In this document: piece by piece, positions 25,169-35,261 of the stretch
Numbering within the stretch: position 1 is the stretch's first letter
Layout of the letters: each line of letters starts with the position of its first letter
Assembly: GCA_965242525.1 (NCBI GenBank)
Contig: OZ251459.1
Span: 2,080,001 to 2,144,000 of the forward strand
Reading direction: 5' to 3'
Source: an uncultured Candidatus Binatia bacterium
GTDB lineage: Bacteria > Desulfobacterota > Binatia > UBA9968 > JAJDTQ01
Length of the DNA stretch: 64,000 nt
Position numbers and translations under genes: made by a program
Notes under the pieces: model-generated
Seen by the model: the letters and a program-made list of their open reading frames with translations, nothing else
Databases searched by the model: none
What the model was told of the DNA's origin: nothing

Positions 25169-25287
25169 GTTCGCTCCTCGGGCAGTCGGGCAACAGTTAG
25201 AGAGACTTGCCGGTAATGTCAAGGCGGCGGCGTCTTTGACACACCCTTACGACTGGGGTAGGCATCGGAACACGGAAGGAGCGATCC

Positions 25288-26325
25288 ATGGACAAGGTTC
25301 CCATCATCGACGCGGACGGCCACATACTCGAAGAGAACGACGAGATCGAGGAGTACTTCGAGGGTCCCTACGAGGGCCACCGCCGGCACAAGGTGTTCAC
25401 GCTGTTCCCCTCGCTGGACGGCTGGCCCCGGGGGGCGGTCAAGGGGCTCAGGAAGGCGACGCAGACCTCGCCCGAGAGCTGGATGGAGTTCATCGACGGG
25501 GCAGGCATCGACGCCGCGGTGCTCTATCCCACCGCGGGCCTGGGGTTCGGCCTGATCCAGGACTCCGACTGGGCGTGCGCGCTGGCCCGGGCCTACAACA
25601 ACTGGTTCCACGACAAGTACGCCCGCACCAGCCCGCGCCTCAAGGGGGTGGCGCTGCTGCCGGTGCACGACGTGCCGCAGGCGGCGGCGGAGCTGCGCCG
25701 GGCGGTGACGGAGCAGGGGATGGTTGCGGGACTGCTGCCCGCGGTCAACGTGCTCCACAAGGGGTTCGGACACTCCGACTTCCACCCTCTCTACGATGAG
25801 GCGCAACGGCTGGGCTGCCCGCTGGCCATCCACGGCGCCCCGAGCCAGGGGCTGGGGTTCGATTACCTGAAGACCATGTCCATGATCCACACCCTGGAGC
25901 ACCCCATCGCCCAGATGATCCAGCTCGCCAGCATGGTGCTCGACGGGGTGTTCGAACTCTTCCCCGACCTGCGGGTGGGCTATCTGGAAGCCGGCGCCGG
26001 CTGGGTGCCGTACATGATGGACCGCATGGACGACAAGTTCCACGTGGACCGCAAGCGCAAGCACTTCCCCCTCGGGAAGCTGCCCAGCGAGTACGTGCGG
26101 GGAGGCAACGTCTTCGTCACCTGCGAACTGGACGAGAAGGTCCTCGACGCGGTGGCCAGGGAGATGGGCGAGGACTGCCTCATGTATCCGTCGGACTTCC
26201 CGCACGAGAAGGCGGTGGGCGAGTTCGGCGCCGACATCCCCGAGTTCCTCCAACGGCCCGACCTGTCCGAGGGCCTCAAGAAGAAGGTCCTCTACGACAA
26301 CGCCAAGCGGTTCTACGGACTTTGA
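25288..26325 (+). CDS. Amidohydrolase_2 family protein
   Basis: IDADGH, AYNNW, LEAGAGWVP, SDFPH. Confidence 0.88.
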   Translation: MDKVPIIDADGHILEENDEIEEYFEGPYEGHRRHKVFTLFPSLDGWPRGAVKGLRKATQTSPESWMEFIDGAGIDAAVLYPTAGLGFGLIQDSDWACALARAYNNWFHDKYARTSPRLKGVALLPVHDVPQAAAELRRAVTEQGMVAGLLPAVNVLHKGFGHSDFHPLYDEAQRLGCPLAIHGAPSQGLGFDYLKTMSMIHTLEHPIAQMIQLASMVLDGVFELFPDLRVGYLEAGAGWVPYMMDRMDDKFHVDRKRKHFPLGKLPSEYVRGGNVFVTCELDEKVLDAVAREMGEDCLMYPSDFPHEKAVGEFGADIPEFLQRPDLSEGLKKKVLYDNAKRFYGL

Positions 26326-26340
26326 GGCGAACGGCCGCGG

Positions 26341-27783
26341 TCAACCCAGGCGCAGGGAGAGGTCCGGCCTGCGGATGAAGATCTGCCGAGTCTCGGAACG
26401 CTCGGTCAGGGACCGGATCAGCCCCACCAGGTTCCCGGCGTTGGCGGGCCGGCGCGGCGCCTGTTGCATGGCCCGGACGTCGTCCTCGGAGGTGAGGTAG
26501 CGCAACAGCAACTCGTCGTCCGACACGCCGGCGCCGCCGACCTGCCGCCGCAACTCCTCGACGGACGTCCGGGGCAGCTCCCAGTTCCGAAGCTCTCTGG
26601 CCCGGGGCCGGTCCAGGATACGGTCCCGGACGTCCGCGTCCATGGACGAGCTTTCCTCCTCCCCCCAGAAACCCAGGGCGTACTGGATCACCTCGTCGGT
26701 GACCTGCTCGTAGCGCCGGCCCAGGATCACGTTGATGGCGCACTGGGTCCCCACGAACTGGGAGTAGGGAGTGACCATGATGGGATAGCCGAACTCCGCC
26801 CGCACCCGGCATGCCTCTTCCAGCACCTCCCCCAGCCGCTCGCCCATGCCGATGCCGGCGAGCTGGTGCCGCAGGTTCGAGATCATCCCCCCGGGCACCT
26901 GGTGCACGAAGTGGTAAGCGTCGTAGTGGAGGGGAACCCCGACGGGGAAGCCCTCCCGCTTGGCCACACGGGTAAAATGCTCCGACACCGGGGCGAGGAC
27001 CTCCTCGTCGATGACCGGGGCGTAGCCCAGGGCCCGGGCGTTCCGGGCGACGCTGAACAGCGACGGGTTCGACGAACCGTTCGCCAGCGGGGGCAGCGCC
27101 GCATTGATGATGGGGATGCCGGCCCGGATGGCGTCCAGCGTGCACAGGGGACCGAGGCCGCTGTTGCAGTGGGTGTGGAACTCCACGGGAACGCCGCCGG
27201 CGTTTTCGAGCACCACCGGCGCCAGCGACCGGGTGCGCTCGGGGGTCAACAGGCCGCCGGGGTCCTTCAGGCAGATGCGCTTCACCGGGAGCCTGGCGGC
27301 TTCCCGGGTGCGTTCCGCGTAGTAGTCGTCCGTGTGTTTCGGCGAGATGGAGAAGATCAGGTTGACGATGGTCTCCAGGCCGGCCGCGGTGGCGGTGCGG
27401 ACCTGCTCGGCCCACACCGCGGGGGTGTTGGAAGGGTCGGAGGTCCGGGCCTCGCCGATGCCGTTGGCCGACAGGCGTTCGAGCCAGAGCTGGTTCACCT
27501 CCGGAGGGGTATGCTGGAACGCCGCCATGTAGCGGTTCCGGATCAGGCGCAGCGGGGTCCTGGGGACCAGTTCCTTCACCCGGCGAACGCGCTCCCAGGG
27601 GTCGTCCCTGAGCTCCCGCACGCACTTCTTGAAGAAGGCCGAGGCGATGATCTCCAGGGCCAGGAAACCGGCCTCGTCCATCCGGGAGGCCACCGGCAAG
27701 ATCATGTCCGTGGTGATGCCCATGGCCCAGAGGCTCGATGGACCGTCCCGCAGCGTGGTATCGACGAAATGGACTTCGTTCAT
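26341..27783 (-). CDS. Pyruvate/oxaloacetate carboxyltransferase-like subunit (no biotinyl domain)
   Basis: DTTLRDG, LKDPGGLLTP, HTHCNSG, HQVPGGMISNL, GYPIMVTPYSQFVG. Confidence 0.85.
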   Translation of the reverse strand: MNEVHFVDTTLRDGPSSLWAMGITTDMILPVASRMDEAGFLALEIIASAFFKKCVRELRDDPWERVRRVKELVPRTPLRLIRNRYMAAFQHTPPEVNQLWLERLSANGIGEARTSDPSNTPAVWAEQVRTATAAGLETIVNLIFSISPKHTDDYYAERTREAARLPVKRICLKDPGGLLTPERTRSLAPVVLENAGGVPVEFHTHCNSGLGPLCTLDAIRAGIPIINAALPPLANGSSNPSLFSVARNARALGYAPVIDEEVLAPVSEHFTRVAKREGFPVGVPLHYDAYHFVHQVPGGMISNLRHQLAGIGMGERLGEVLEEACRVRAEFGYPIMVTPYSQFVGTQCAINVILGRRYEQVTDEVIQYALGFWGEEESSSMDADVRDRILDRPRARELRNWELPRTSVEELRRQVGGAGVSDDELLLRYLTSEDDVRAMQQAPRRPANAGNLVGLIRSLTERSETRQIFIRRPDLSLRLG

Positions 27784-27978
27784 GCCCGCCAGCATACAGG
27801 TTTCGGAAGCCGAGGGACAGCGCGCGTTGTGGATCCGCGGCGGACGTGGTAGTGGTTCAGCCGGAAGGGTCGAAGCCGCGGAGTCCTCGTTGCGTCCGTC
27901 TTGCGCCCGCGGCGGAGTGCCCCGTTCCCGGTTCGACCCGACCCTCGCCTCCCCCGTCCCCCGCGGGCGCAGACGAAC

Positions 27979-28863
27979 ATGGCCGCAAGCAAGAAGAAAT
28001 GGCTCGCGGGAACCGCGGTTCTCATGCTGCTGGCCGCGGCCGGCTTCGGCTTCTGGGTGTGGTCGTCGCTGGGCTACGTCACCACCGACGACGCCCGGGT
28101 CAAGGCCGACATCGTCACCATCAGCACGGAGGCGCCGGGCAGGATCCTGGCGCTGCGGAAGGACGAAGGCGACAGCGTGGAGCCCGGCGAGGTCATGGTG
28201 GAGCTCGACCCGCGCGAGGTCCGGATACGGATCGAACGACACCGGGCCGCGGTGGACCGGGCCCGGAGCCGGCTCCTGCAAGCGGAGCGGGAGGTCCGCC
28301 ACGCGCGCGCGAGGCGGCAACCGGAACTCGCCGAGGTCCGGGAGGCCGACCTGCTGGCCAGGAAGGCCCGGGTGCGGGAGGCGGAAGCCGAGTTGAAGGA
28401 GCTCCGGTTCCGGTTGGGCCTGATGAGCGTGCGCAGTCCGGTGAAAGGGCTGGTGGTGAAGAAGAACTCCCACCCCGGCGAGTTCGTGCAGCCCGGCCAA
28501 CCCGTGTTCATGGTGGTGGACTCCAGCCGTTACTGGGTGGAAGCCAACGTGGACGAGACCGAGATCCGTTTCGTCAAGCCCGGCAACAGGGCCGCGGTGC
28601 GGCTGGATTCGTATCCGGGAGTCCGGTTCGAGGGCAAGGTCGTGGACGTGGGGGGCGCCACCACGTCCGAGTTCTCCCTCTTCTCGCCCCACAAGCTCAC
28701 CGGGGTCTTCATCAAATCGACCCAGAAGCTACCGGTGAAGATCGCGGTCGAGGACACCGACGGGATACTGCGGGTGGGAATGCTCGCGGTGGTTCGGATC
28801 GAGAAGCCCGAAACCCGGCAGGATCGGCCGGAAGCCGGCGGCCGGCCGGGCTTGCAGCCGTGA
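27979..28863 (+). CDS. HlyD/EmrA-family membrane fusion protein
   Basis: N-terminal TM, TTDDARV, RSPVKG, WVEANVDET, QKLPVKI. Confidence 0.88.
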   Translation: MAASKKKWLAGTAVLMLLAAAGFGFWVWSSLGYVTTDDARVKADIVTISTEAPGRILALRKDEGDSVEPGEVMVELDPREVRIRIERHRAAVDRARSRLLQAEREVRHARARRQPELAEVREADLLARKARVREAEAELKELRFRLGLMSVRSPVKGLVVKKNSHPGEFVQPGQPVFMVVDSSRYWVEANVDETEIRFVKPGNRAAVRLDSYPGVRFEGKVVDVGGATTSEFSLFSPHKLTGVFIKSTQKLPVKIAVEDTDGILRVGMLAVVRIEKPETRQDRPEAGGRPGLQP

Positions 28864-28916
28864 CGGGACCCGCCGGACGCTGACACGACCCTGCTCGCCA
28901 ACCCTCGTCCCCGCGC

Positions 28917-30524
28917 ATGATCCCTGCCGCGCCCCGCGTACAGAGCTACGACCCGGCCCACAAGTGGCCCGTCACCGTCACCCTGTCCCTGGGGATGATC
29001 GGCGTGGGCCTGGGCATCACCGGCATCGACATCGCCATCCCGGCCATGATGTCGTCCCTGGGCACCTCGCTGGACCGGATCCAGTGGGTGCTGATCGCCT
29101 TCATGATCACCCGCACGGTGCTCATCCCCTGCGTGGGCTGGCTGGGGCAGCGCATCGGCGACCGCAACCTCTTCATGTGGAGCGCCGCCACCTTCGCGCT
29201 GGGCTCGTTCCTGTGCTCCATCGCCTGGGACGTCAACTCCCTCGTCTTCTTCCGCATCCTGCAGGGCATGGGCGTGGGGCCGCTCATCGGCGTGTCCATG
29301 TCCATCATGTACGAGGCCTTCCCGCGCAACGAACGCGGGCTGGCCATGGGCCTGTTCATGACCGGCTGGTCGCTGGGTCCCTTCTTCGGACCCCTGGCGG
29401 GGGGCTACCTGGCCCAGTACGTAAGCTGGCGGACCATCTTCTACCTGCCCCTTCCCACCCTGGTCCTCAGCATCGCCGCGGCCGCCTTCGTCCTTCCCCG
29501 CAGGACCTCGGCCCACAACCCCCCGGCCTTCGACCTCCTGGGGTTCGCCACCCTCACCGGCGGACTGGTGGCCATGCTCCTGGGCCTCACCCAGGGACAG
29601 GAAGCGGGTTGGACCGACCGGCGCATCCTCTCCCTGTTCGGGGCCGCGGCGCTGCTCATCGCCCTGTTCATCGCCGCCGAGCTCCGGGCGGCGAACCCCT
29701 ACGTGCAACTCCGCTACTTCCGGAGCGCCAACTTCAGCATCTCCAACGTCATCGTGCTGGTGCGGGTCATGGGCTTTCGCGGCACCAGCTTCATACTGAA
29801 CCTGTTCCTCCAGCGGGCGCTCCACTACACGCCGTTCCAGGCGGGCGTCTTCATGCTTCCCGCGGCCATCGCCGTGGGCGTGGTCTCCCCTTTCGCCGGC
29901 ATGTTGTCGGACCGGTTCGGCCCGCGGCTCCTGCTGGTGCTGGGGCTCGTGCTCCTCGCCGGCACGCTGTTCGGACTCTCCACCGTCACCCTCTGGACCG
30001 GCGTGGGACTGATCTACTTCCTGGTGGTGCTCAAGAGCGTGGGGCAGTCCACCATCAACGCGCCGCTGAACTCCATCGCCCTGGGCGCGCTCCCCGAAGG
30101 CGAGTCGCGCATGGGGAGCGGCATCCTGGGGCTCAGCCGGGGCCTGGGCGAGGCGTTCGGCATCGCCACCCTGAGCTTCCTGCTCGAACGCCACGTCTTC
30201 TACAAGGTGGAAGCCATGACGCCGCTGCTGGGCGCCCGGCTGACCGAGGGCCTGCGCGACCACGTGATGGCCCAAATGCGCGCCCTGCTGCAGCACGCCG
30301 GCCAATACGGCGGCGCCCTGGAGGAAAGGGCCCAGTCCCTCTTGGGCTACAGCCTGCTCGGCGAGGGCGTAACCCAAGCCTACCACGAGATCTTCACCCT
30401 GATCGGCCTCGCGTACCTGGCCCTGGTGATCATGGTGTGGCTGCTCAGGACCGGGAAGGCGCAACCCGCTCCCGCCACGGAACCGACCCCCACCGGCGCC
30501 GTTCGATCAGCCGGAACCTCCTGA
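28917..30524 (+). CDS. DHA2/EmrB-family MFS efflux permease
   Basis: IQWV, FRILQG, GPLAGGYL; many TM helices. Confidence 0.9.
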   Translation: MIPAAPRVQSYDPAHKWPVTVTLSLGMIGVGLGITGIDIAIPAMMSSLGTSLDRIQWVLIAFMITRTVLIPCVGWLGQRIGDRNLFMWSAATFALGSFLCSIAWDVNSLVFFRILQGMGVGPLIGVSMSIMYEAFPRNERGLAMGLFMTGWSLGPFFGPLAGGYLAQYVSWRTIFYLPLPTLVLSIAAAAFVLPRRTSAHNPPAFDLLGFATLTGGLVAMLLGLTQGQEAGWTDRRILSLFGAAALLIALFIAAELRAANPYVQLRYFRSANFSISNVIVLVRVMGFRGTSFILNLFLQRALHYTPFQAGVFMLPAAIAVGVVSPFAGMLSDRFGPRLLLVLGLVLLAGTLFGLSTVTLWTGVGLIYFLVVLKSVGQSTINAPLNSIALGALPEGESRMGSGILGLSRGLGEAFGIATLSFLLERHVFYKVEAMTPLLGARLTEGLRDHVMAQMRALLQHAGQYGGALEERAQSLLGYSLLGEGVTQAYHEIFTLIGLAYLALVIMVWLLRTGKAQPAPATEPTPTGAVRSAGTS

Positions 30525-30641
30525 CGGACGGAGCGCACGCTTCCGCCGGCCCGATGGAGTCGAGGCCGCGCCGGAAACTCGCCCTACCCTTCGACGACGT
30601 CCCCCGGTGAACGCGCCCTGCTCTTGCTTGTCAATACTTAT

Positions 30642-30788
30642 GAAGTTGACCCGATCCCCCTGATGGTACAGAATCCCGCCAAGCACTTGGACCACGCCAA
30701 AAAGGTGGTCGTAGCGGCCCGATACTACGACCTGCCGGCCGACGCAGTGGAGCAAACGGCGTTCGGACAACGCGAGAGGCGAGGGTAG
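30642..30788 (+). pseudogene. Possible C-terminal remnant of a DUF3883/SNF2 helicase gene
   Basis: Reads ..PIPLMVQNPAKHLDHAKKVVVAARYYDLPADAVEQ..* ending 17 nt before the OLD start; similarity from recollection only. Confidence 0.4.
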
Positions 30789-30805
30789 AGCAAGGACACA
30801 GCCGG

Positions 30806-32722
30806 ATGCGTGTAACACGAGTCGAGATCGAGAACTTTCGGTCGATAAAACACTTGGTCGTCGATCTCGGCGAAACGACGGTGTTCGTTGGCCCGAACAA
30901 CGCCGGCAAGACGGCGATCCTCGAAGCGTTGCGAATCGCCTTGATGCGCCGCTGGGGGCAGCATGGCACCGGATTCACCGAGTACGACGTGCACCTCACA
31001 AGCGATGCCGACGACCCCAAGACTTCCAAGGGCGTAAGCATTGAGCTCCACACGGAAGAGTCCAGGCCGGAAGAGTGGCCCGAAACCATCGGACAGGATC
31101 TCGAACAGATCGTGCAACTGAACCCGAATACGGGCGTCCGGTCCATTGCTTTGCGAGTGACGTGCGCCTGGAGCGAGGACAGCGCAGCGTTCGAGCCAAG
31201 TTGGGAGTTCCTCAACGCAGCCCGTGACCCACTCCCCGGCCGGAGCGCCCGCCGCATGAACCTCGAACGGTTCTGGCGCTATCTCCCGGTGTTCTATCTC
31301 AGCGCCTTGCGCCAAGTCGACGACGAGTTCTCCCCGCGTTCACAGTTCTGGGGACGGCTGCTCAAGGCCCTCGAGATTCCGGCAGGTCTGGAATCGCGGA
31401 TCATGAGGGTCCTCGACGTCCTCAACCGCCGTTTGCTGAACGCCGACCCACGCTTGCAGGAGATTGCCAAGACGTTGTCCGGAGCTACCCGGATCTCCGC
31501 CCGCGACAAACAGGGCGGCCTGGATCTGCGCATGGTCCCTCTGAAAACATGGGATCTGCTTTCGAAGGCGGAGATCATCCTGCGAAACGAATCCGATTGG
31601 CCGTGGCTGCCATTGCAACGGCAGGGTCAGGGAGTACAGAGCCTTTCGGTGATCTTCCTGTTCCAGGCATTCGTGGATCATCTTCTCCGGGAACTGTACG
31701 AGCAGGAAAGCGAACCGGTGCTGGCTCTCGAGGAGCCCGAAACCCACCTGCATCCCCAGGCCGCGCGCACCTTGTGGACGCATATCCGCGATCTGCCGGG
31801 CCAGAAGATCGTGACCACACACTCGCCGTACTTCGTCCAGCACGTCCCTTTTCGGAGTCTGCGTCTCGTGCGTCTCACCGAGCAGGGAACGGAAGTCAGA
31901 TGGTTGCCCGCGAGCTTCTCCGCGACGACGATTCCATTTGTGGATACCCTACGGACCGTTGTCGCGGGTTCGGGCGGAGCTCTCCACTACGAGGAGGCGT
32001 CCGAAACGCTTACCGTCAAGGGTGCGCTCGACCAACGGAATTATCGTGAACTCCTTGACTGTTACCGCTCGCACGACCGCCGCTCGGAGATCCAAGATGC
32101 GTTGAAGGACTTGCGCCTTCGATCCTCCCTGTACATCGACGACACGGAGCTTCAGTCGCTGGAGACCTTCGCCCGGCGCATGCGCGGGGAGATCTTCTTT
32201 GCCGAACGCTGGATGATCGTCGAAGGACAAGCCGACTACCTCATCGTTCATGCGCTGGCGCATTCCATGGGATACGACCTTGACGAGCACGGCGTGTCCG
32301 TCATCGACGCACAGAACAACGGCAAACCGGAAACCTTCGCGGTGCTGGCGAGGGCCCTGGGCATTCCGTGGCTTGCCGTCTTCGACGGCGATGACGCCGG
32401 CAAGGGCTACGTGGAGCGAATAGGAAAGCGAGGGTTCAGCAACGAGGAACTGCGGCGTCGCTGTCGAACCCACGGCAGCGGAGGCCTGGAAGCACAACTC
32501 GTGACCGACGGTCTCGGTCCGGAACTGCGGGAAATACTGGCCGAACTGGGCGAACAGAACGCCCATGACTTCGAAGAACAAGCGCTTCAGGCACGATTGG
32601 GAAAATACAAGACTGCCTACGCCGCGACGTTGGCTGCCCGCCTCCGCGCTGACGCCACTCTGGCGGAACGTGCCCCTGAAGAATTCCGAAAGGCAGTGAG
32701 GGATTTGCGAGGTCTGACATGA
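30806..32722 (+). CDS. OLD-family ATP-dependent endonuclease (GajA-like)
   Basis: IENFRSI, GPNNAGKT, QGQGVQS, LEEPETHLHP, TTHSP; TOPRIM IVEGQAD, FDGD. Confidence 0.9.
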   Translation: MRVTRVEIENFRSIKHLVVDLGETTVFVGPNNAGKTAILEALRIALMRRWGQHGTGFTEYDVHLTSDADDPKTSKGVSIELHTEESRPEEWPETIGQDLEQIVQLNPNTGVRSIALRVTCAWSEDSAAFEPSWEFLNAARDPLPGRSARRMNLERFWRYLPVFYLSALRQVDDEFSPRSQFWGRLLKALEIPAGLESRIMRVLDVLNRRLLNADPRLQEIAKTLSGATRISARDKQGGLDLRMVPLKTWDLLSKAEIILRNESDWPWLPLQRQGQGVQSLSVIFLFQAFVDHLLRELYEQESEPVLALEEPETHLHPQAARTLWTHIRDLPGQKIVTTHSPYFVQHVPFRSLRLVRLTEQGTEVRWLPASFSATTIPFVDTLRTVVAGSGGALHYEEASETLTVKGALDQRNYRELLDCYRSHDRRSEIQDALKDLRLRSSLYIDDTELQSLETFARRMRGEIFFAERWMIVEGQADYLIVHALAHSMGYDLDEHGVSVIDAQNNGKPETFAVLARALGIPWLAVFDGDDAGKGYVERIGKRGFSNEELRRRCRTHGSGGLEAQLVTDGLGPELREILAELGEQNAHDFEEQALQARLGKYKTAYAATLAARLRADATLAERAPEEFRKAVRDLRGLT

Positions 32723-34644
32723 TGGACAACCTGTTGCAATCCACCCTCGCGGAGTTGACGCACGTCCAAAGGCAGGCTGTCGATTGGGACGATGGATCCC
32801 TGCTCGTCCTTGCCGGACCCGGTTCCGGCAAGACCCGTGTCTTGACGTGTCGTATCGCCCGCCTGCTCGATTCTTCGCGTGACCGGCGATTCCGCATCCT
32901 CGCTCTGACGTTTACCAACAAGGCGGCGAACGAGATGGCAAACCGGGTAACGGCCCTCGTTCCGGGGCTGGAGGGACGGGCCAACATCGGTACGTTCCAC
33001 CGCTTCTGTACGCAAGTATTGCAGCAACACGGAGTCCATGTGGGCATCCGTCCCGACTTTGCGATCTATTCGCAAGCGGAAGATCGGAAGGCGCTGCTGG
33101 AGGACGCACTCCTTCGCGACGACGGGCAGGCGGTCAGCCGCGAAGACGTGCGTTTCCTGCCGTTGATCGACCACTTGAAGGGCCGTCTGATCCGTCCCGA
33201 AGAGGCGGAAGAGCGGCTTGCGGCAACGAACGGATACATGGACCCTGGGCGTGCAGCGCGTGTTTACCGTCTGTATGAACAGGAGCTCCGCCGCGTGGGC
33301 GCCTTGGACTTCAACTCGTTGATCCTGGAAGCCCATCGGTTGTTCACGACCTTCCCCGCCATTGCCAGGCAGTACCAGAAGTCCTACCCCCACTGGCTGA
33401 TCGACGAGTTCCAGGACACCAACGGCGCTCAGTATGCACTGCTCCGCAGCATGGCCGTAGGCGGGTTTCGGGAAGTGTTTGCCGTGGCCGACGACGACCA
33501 GACGATTTTCGAGTGGAACGGCGCGAACGTCCGTCGAATCGGAGAGCTGGTCGAGGAATTCTCTTGCGCCGTCCTGCAACTGCCGACGAACTTTCGCTGT
33601 CCTCCGGTCATCGTCGAGGCAGCGAACCGTCTGGTCATGTACAACTCCCGCAGGGTGGTTCGGAAGCAACCCGCGGCCGCGGCCGGGAATGCTTCCTCAC
33701 CGTCGATGCCGGATGGAATCGAGTACCGCGAATTCGACACCGATTGCGAGGAAACGGCCGGCATAGCCGACGAGATCGGAAGGGGAGAAAGCGAGACCCG
33801 CAGCGGCACCGCGGTGCTGGCGAGAAACCATACGCTCCTGAACGCCATGCGGAACGCCTTCAAGGAACGTGCGATTCCGGCAGAGCTCACGTCGCGCCGT
33901 GACGATTTCATCTCGCCTCAAATGCGTTGGTTCGTGGCTTCCCTGAAGCAGATCCAGAGGCCCCTCGACAGGCGCAACCTGGCTGTACTGGTCGAGTCGT
34001 TCAACGGTTTCGCGGGTCCACTCCTGGATTGGGAGACACTGGTTTCACGGTCGGAAACCGACGGTATCACCGGACTTTCGGTCTGGACCGATACCGTTCG
34101 CAATGCCGGGATCTCCAGTGCCGAGAGTGAACTGGTTGACTCCATTGCAAATTTGGCCGCCGGAAGCATCAAGCTACGGACCGCTATCGAGCAGGTTCTC
34201 GCACACTTCGAGAACGGAGACCCGGACGACAATCTCAAGGAGGATCTGAGTGCCTGGCGCAGGATTGCGGGGGAAATCAGGGACACCCGGATTCATGCCT
34301 CGCTCGACGGGTTTCTCCGGGAATTGGACCTGCGATCGAAAGAACCCGTACCGAGGCCGGGGGCCGTCTCGCTCACAAGCATCCACGGCGCCAAGGGACG
34401 GGAGTTCGACACCGTGTACCTCATCGGTATGGCAGAGGAAGTCCTCCCGTCCTGGCAAAGCATCAGGAAGGGCAGCGCCACGCTCGAGGAAGAGCGCCGC
34501 GGATGTTTCGTAGCCATCACCCGCACCAGACGCCGCCTGATCCTGTCGCGGGCACATCGGTATCGGGGCTACGGGAAAGCTCCATCGCGTTTTCTCGAAG
34601 AAATGGGCTGCATGGGCGATCATGCGCCGCAACGGGTTGGATGA
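32719..34644 (+). CDS. UvrD-family SF1 helicase (GajB-like)
   Basis: AGPGSGKT, TFTNKAA, IDEFQD, ADDDQTIF, IHGAKGREF, EERRGCFVAITR; ATGA overlap with OLD gene. Confidence 0.9.
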   Translation: MMDNLLQSTLAELTHVQRQAVDWDDGSLLVLAGPGSGKTRVLTCRIARLLDSSRDRRFRILALTFTNKAANEMANRVTALVPGLEGRANIGTFHRFCTQVLQQHGVHVGIRPDFAIYSQAEDRKALLEDALLRDDGQAVSREDVRFLPLIDHLKGRLIRPEEAEERLAATNGYMDPGRAARVYRLYEQELRRVGALDFNSLILEAHRLFTTFPAIARQYQKSYPHWLIDEFQDTNGAQYALLRSMAVGGFREVFAVADDDQTIFEWNGANVRRIGELVEEFSCAVLQLPTNFRCPPVIVEAANRLVMYNSRRVVRKQPAAAAGNASSPSMPDGIEYREFDTDCEETAGIADEIGRGESETRSGTAVLARNHTLLNAMRNAFKERAIPAELTSRRDDFISPQMRWFVASLKQIQRPLDRRNLAVLVESFNGFAGPLLDWETLVSRSETDGITGLSVWTDTVRNAGISSAESELVDSIANLAAGSIKLRTAIEQVLAHFENGDPDDNLKEDLSAWRRIAGEIRDTRIHASLDGFLRELDLRSKEPVPRPGAVSLTSIHGAKGREFDTVYLIGMAEEVLPSWQSIRKGSATLEEERRGCFVAITRTRRRLILSRAHRYRGYGKAPSRFLEEMGCMGDHAPQRVG

Positions 34645-34853
34645 AGATGACGACCAATGACCGCAGGCTGATCGAGGATTGCCTTCCCGTGGACTGGCCG
34701 AGTGCGGAGGCGCGAGCCGAACCGAGGACGAAGGGGCATATCTCGACCCTGCATCCGTGGCGCGCACGCCGGCCGCCGCCGGCGTGTCGAGCGGCGATCT
34801 ACTCCGCCCCGGCCAAGCCCTGGGGGACCCTGCCGAGGCCGCTCAGTCGATGA
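34641..34853 (+). pseudogene. N-terminal remnant of DUF1156 adenine methyltransferase
   Basis: RRLIEDCLP..SAEARAE..GHISTLHPWRARRPPPACRAAIY, a degraded HISTLHxWWARRPLxACRA motif; ATGA overlap with helicase stop. Confidence 0.8.
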
Positions 34854-35136
34854 TCTCGTATCGCTTGACCACCGCGCGGGCGCCCTGAAGGGCGCGGGCA
34901 TGGGACTGGATCGCCTGGTGGTCGTCGCTTTCGCGATAGCGGTCGATGTCCTCCTGGGCCTCCCACTCGGAGTAGGAGATGTATTCACCCGGGGAGTCCA
35001 TGCACTTCAGCAACTGCTCGGAGACGCAGCCCTTCTGGCGGATCATCAGCGGACTGCAATCCTCCTTCCAGATCCGCTCCGCTTCCCGGATCTGGCCGGG
35101 GTCAACGTTGACGTGGATCAGGCGAACGATGGCCAT
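34843..35136 (-). CDS. Antibiotic biosynthesis monooxygenase (ABM) family protein
   Basis: 97 aa, PGEYISYSEWE..YRESDDH; GGAGG RBS. Confidence 0.8.
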   Translation of the reverse strand: MAIVRLIHVNVDPGQIREAERIWKEDCSPLMIRQKGCVSEQLLKCMDSPGEYISYSEWEAQEDIDRYRESDDHQAIQSHARALQGARAVVKRYEIID

Positions 35137-35261
35137 TGTGGTTCCTCCTGTGGGATTCATCCATGCGGCGACAGGGAGTGCACGATTTCCCGTGACGCCC
35201 GCTGGAGGATATTCGAAGACGGCACCGCATTGCAACGCGAGACCTTCCCCGGGCCGCGGCG

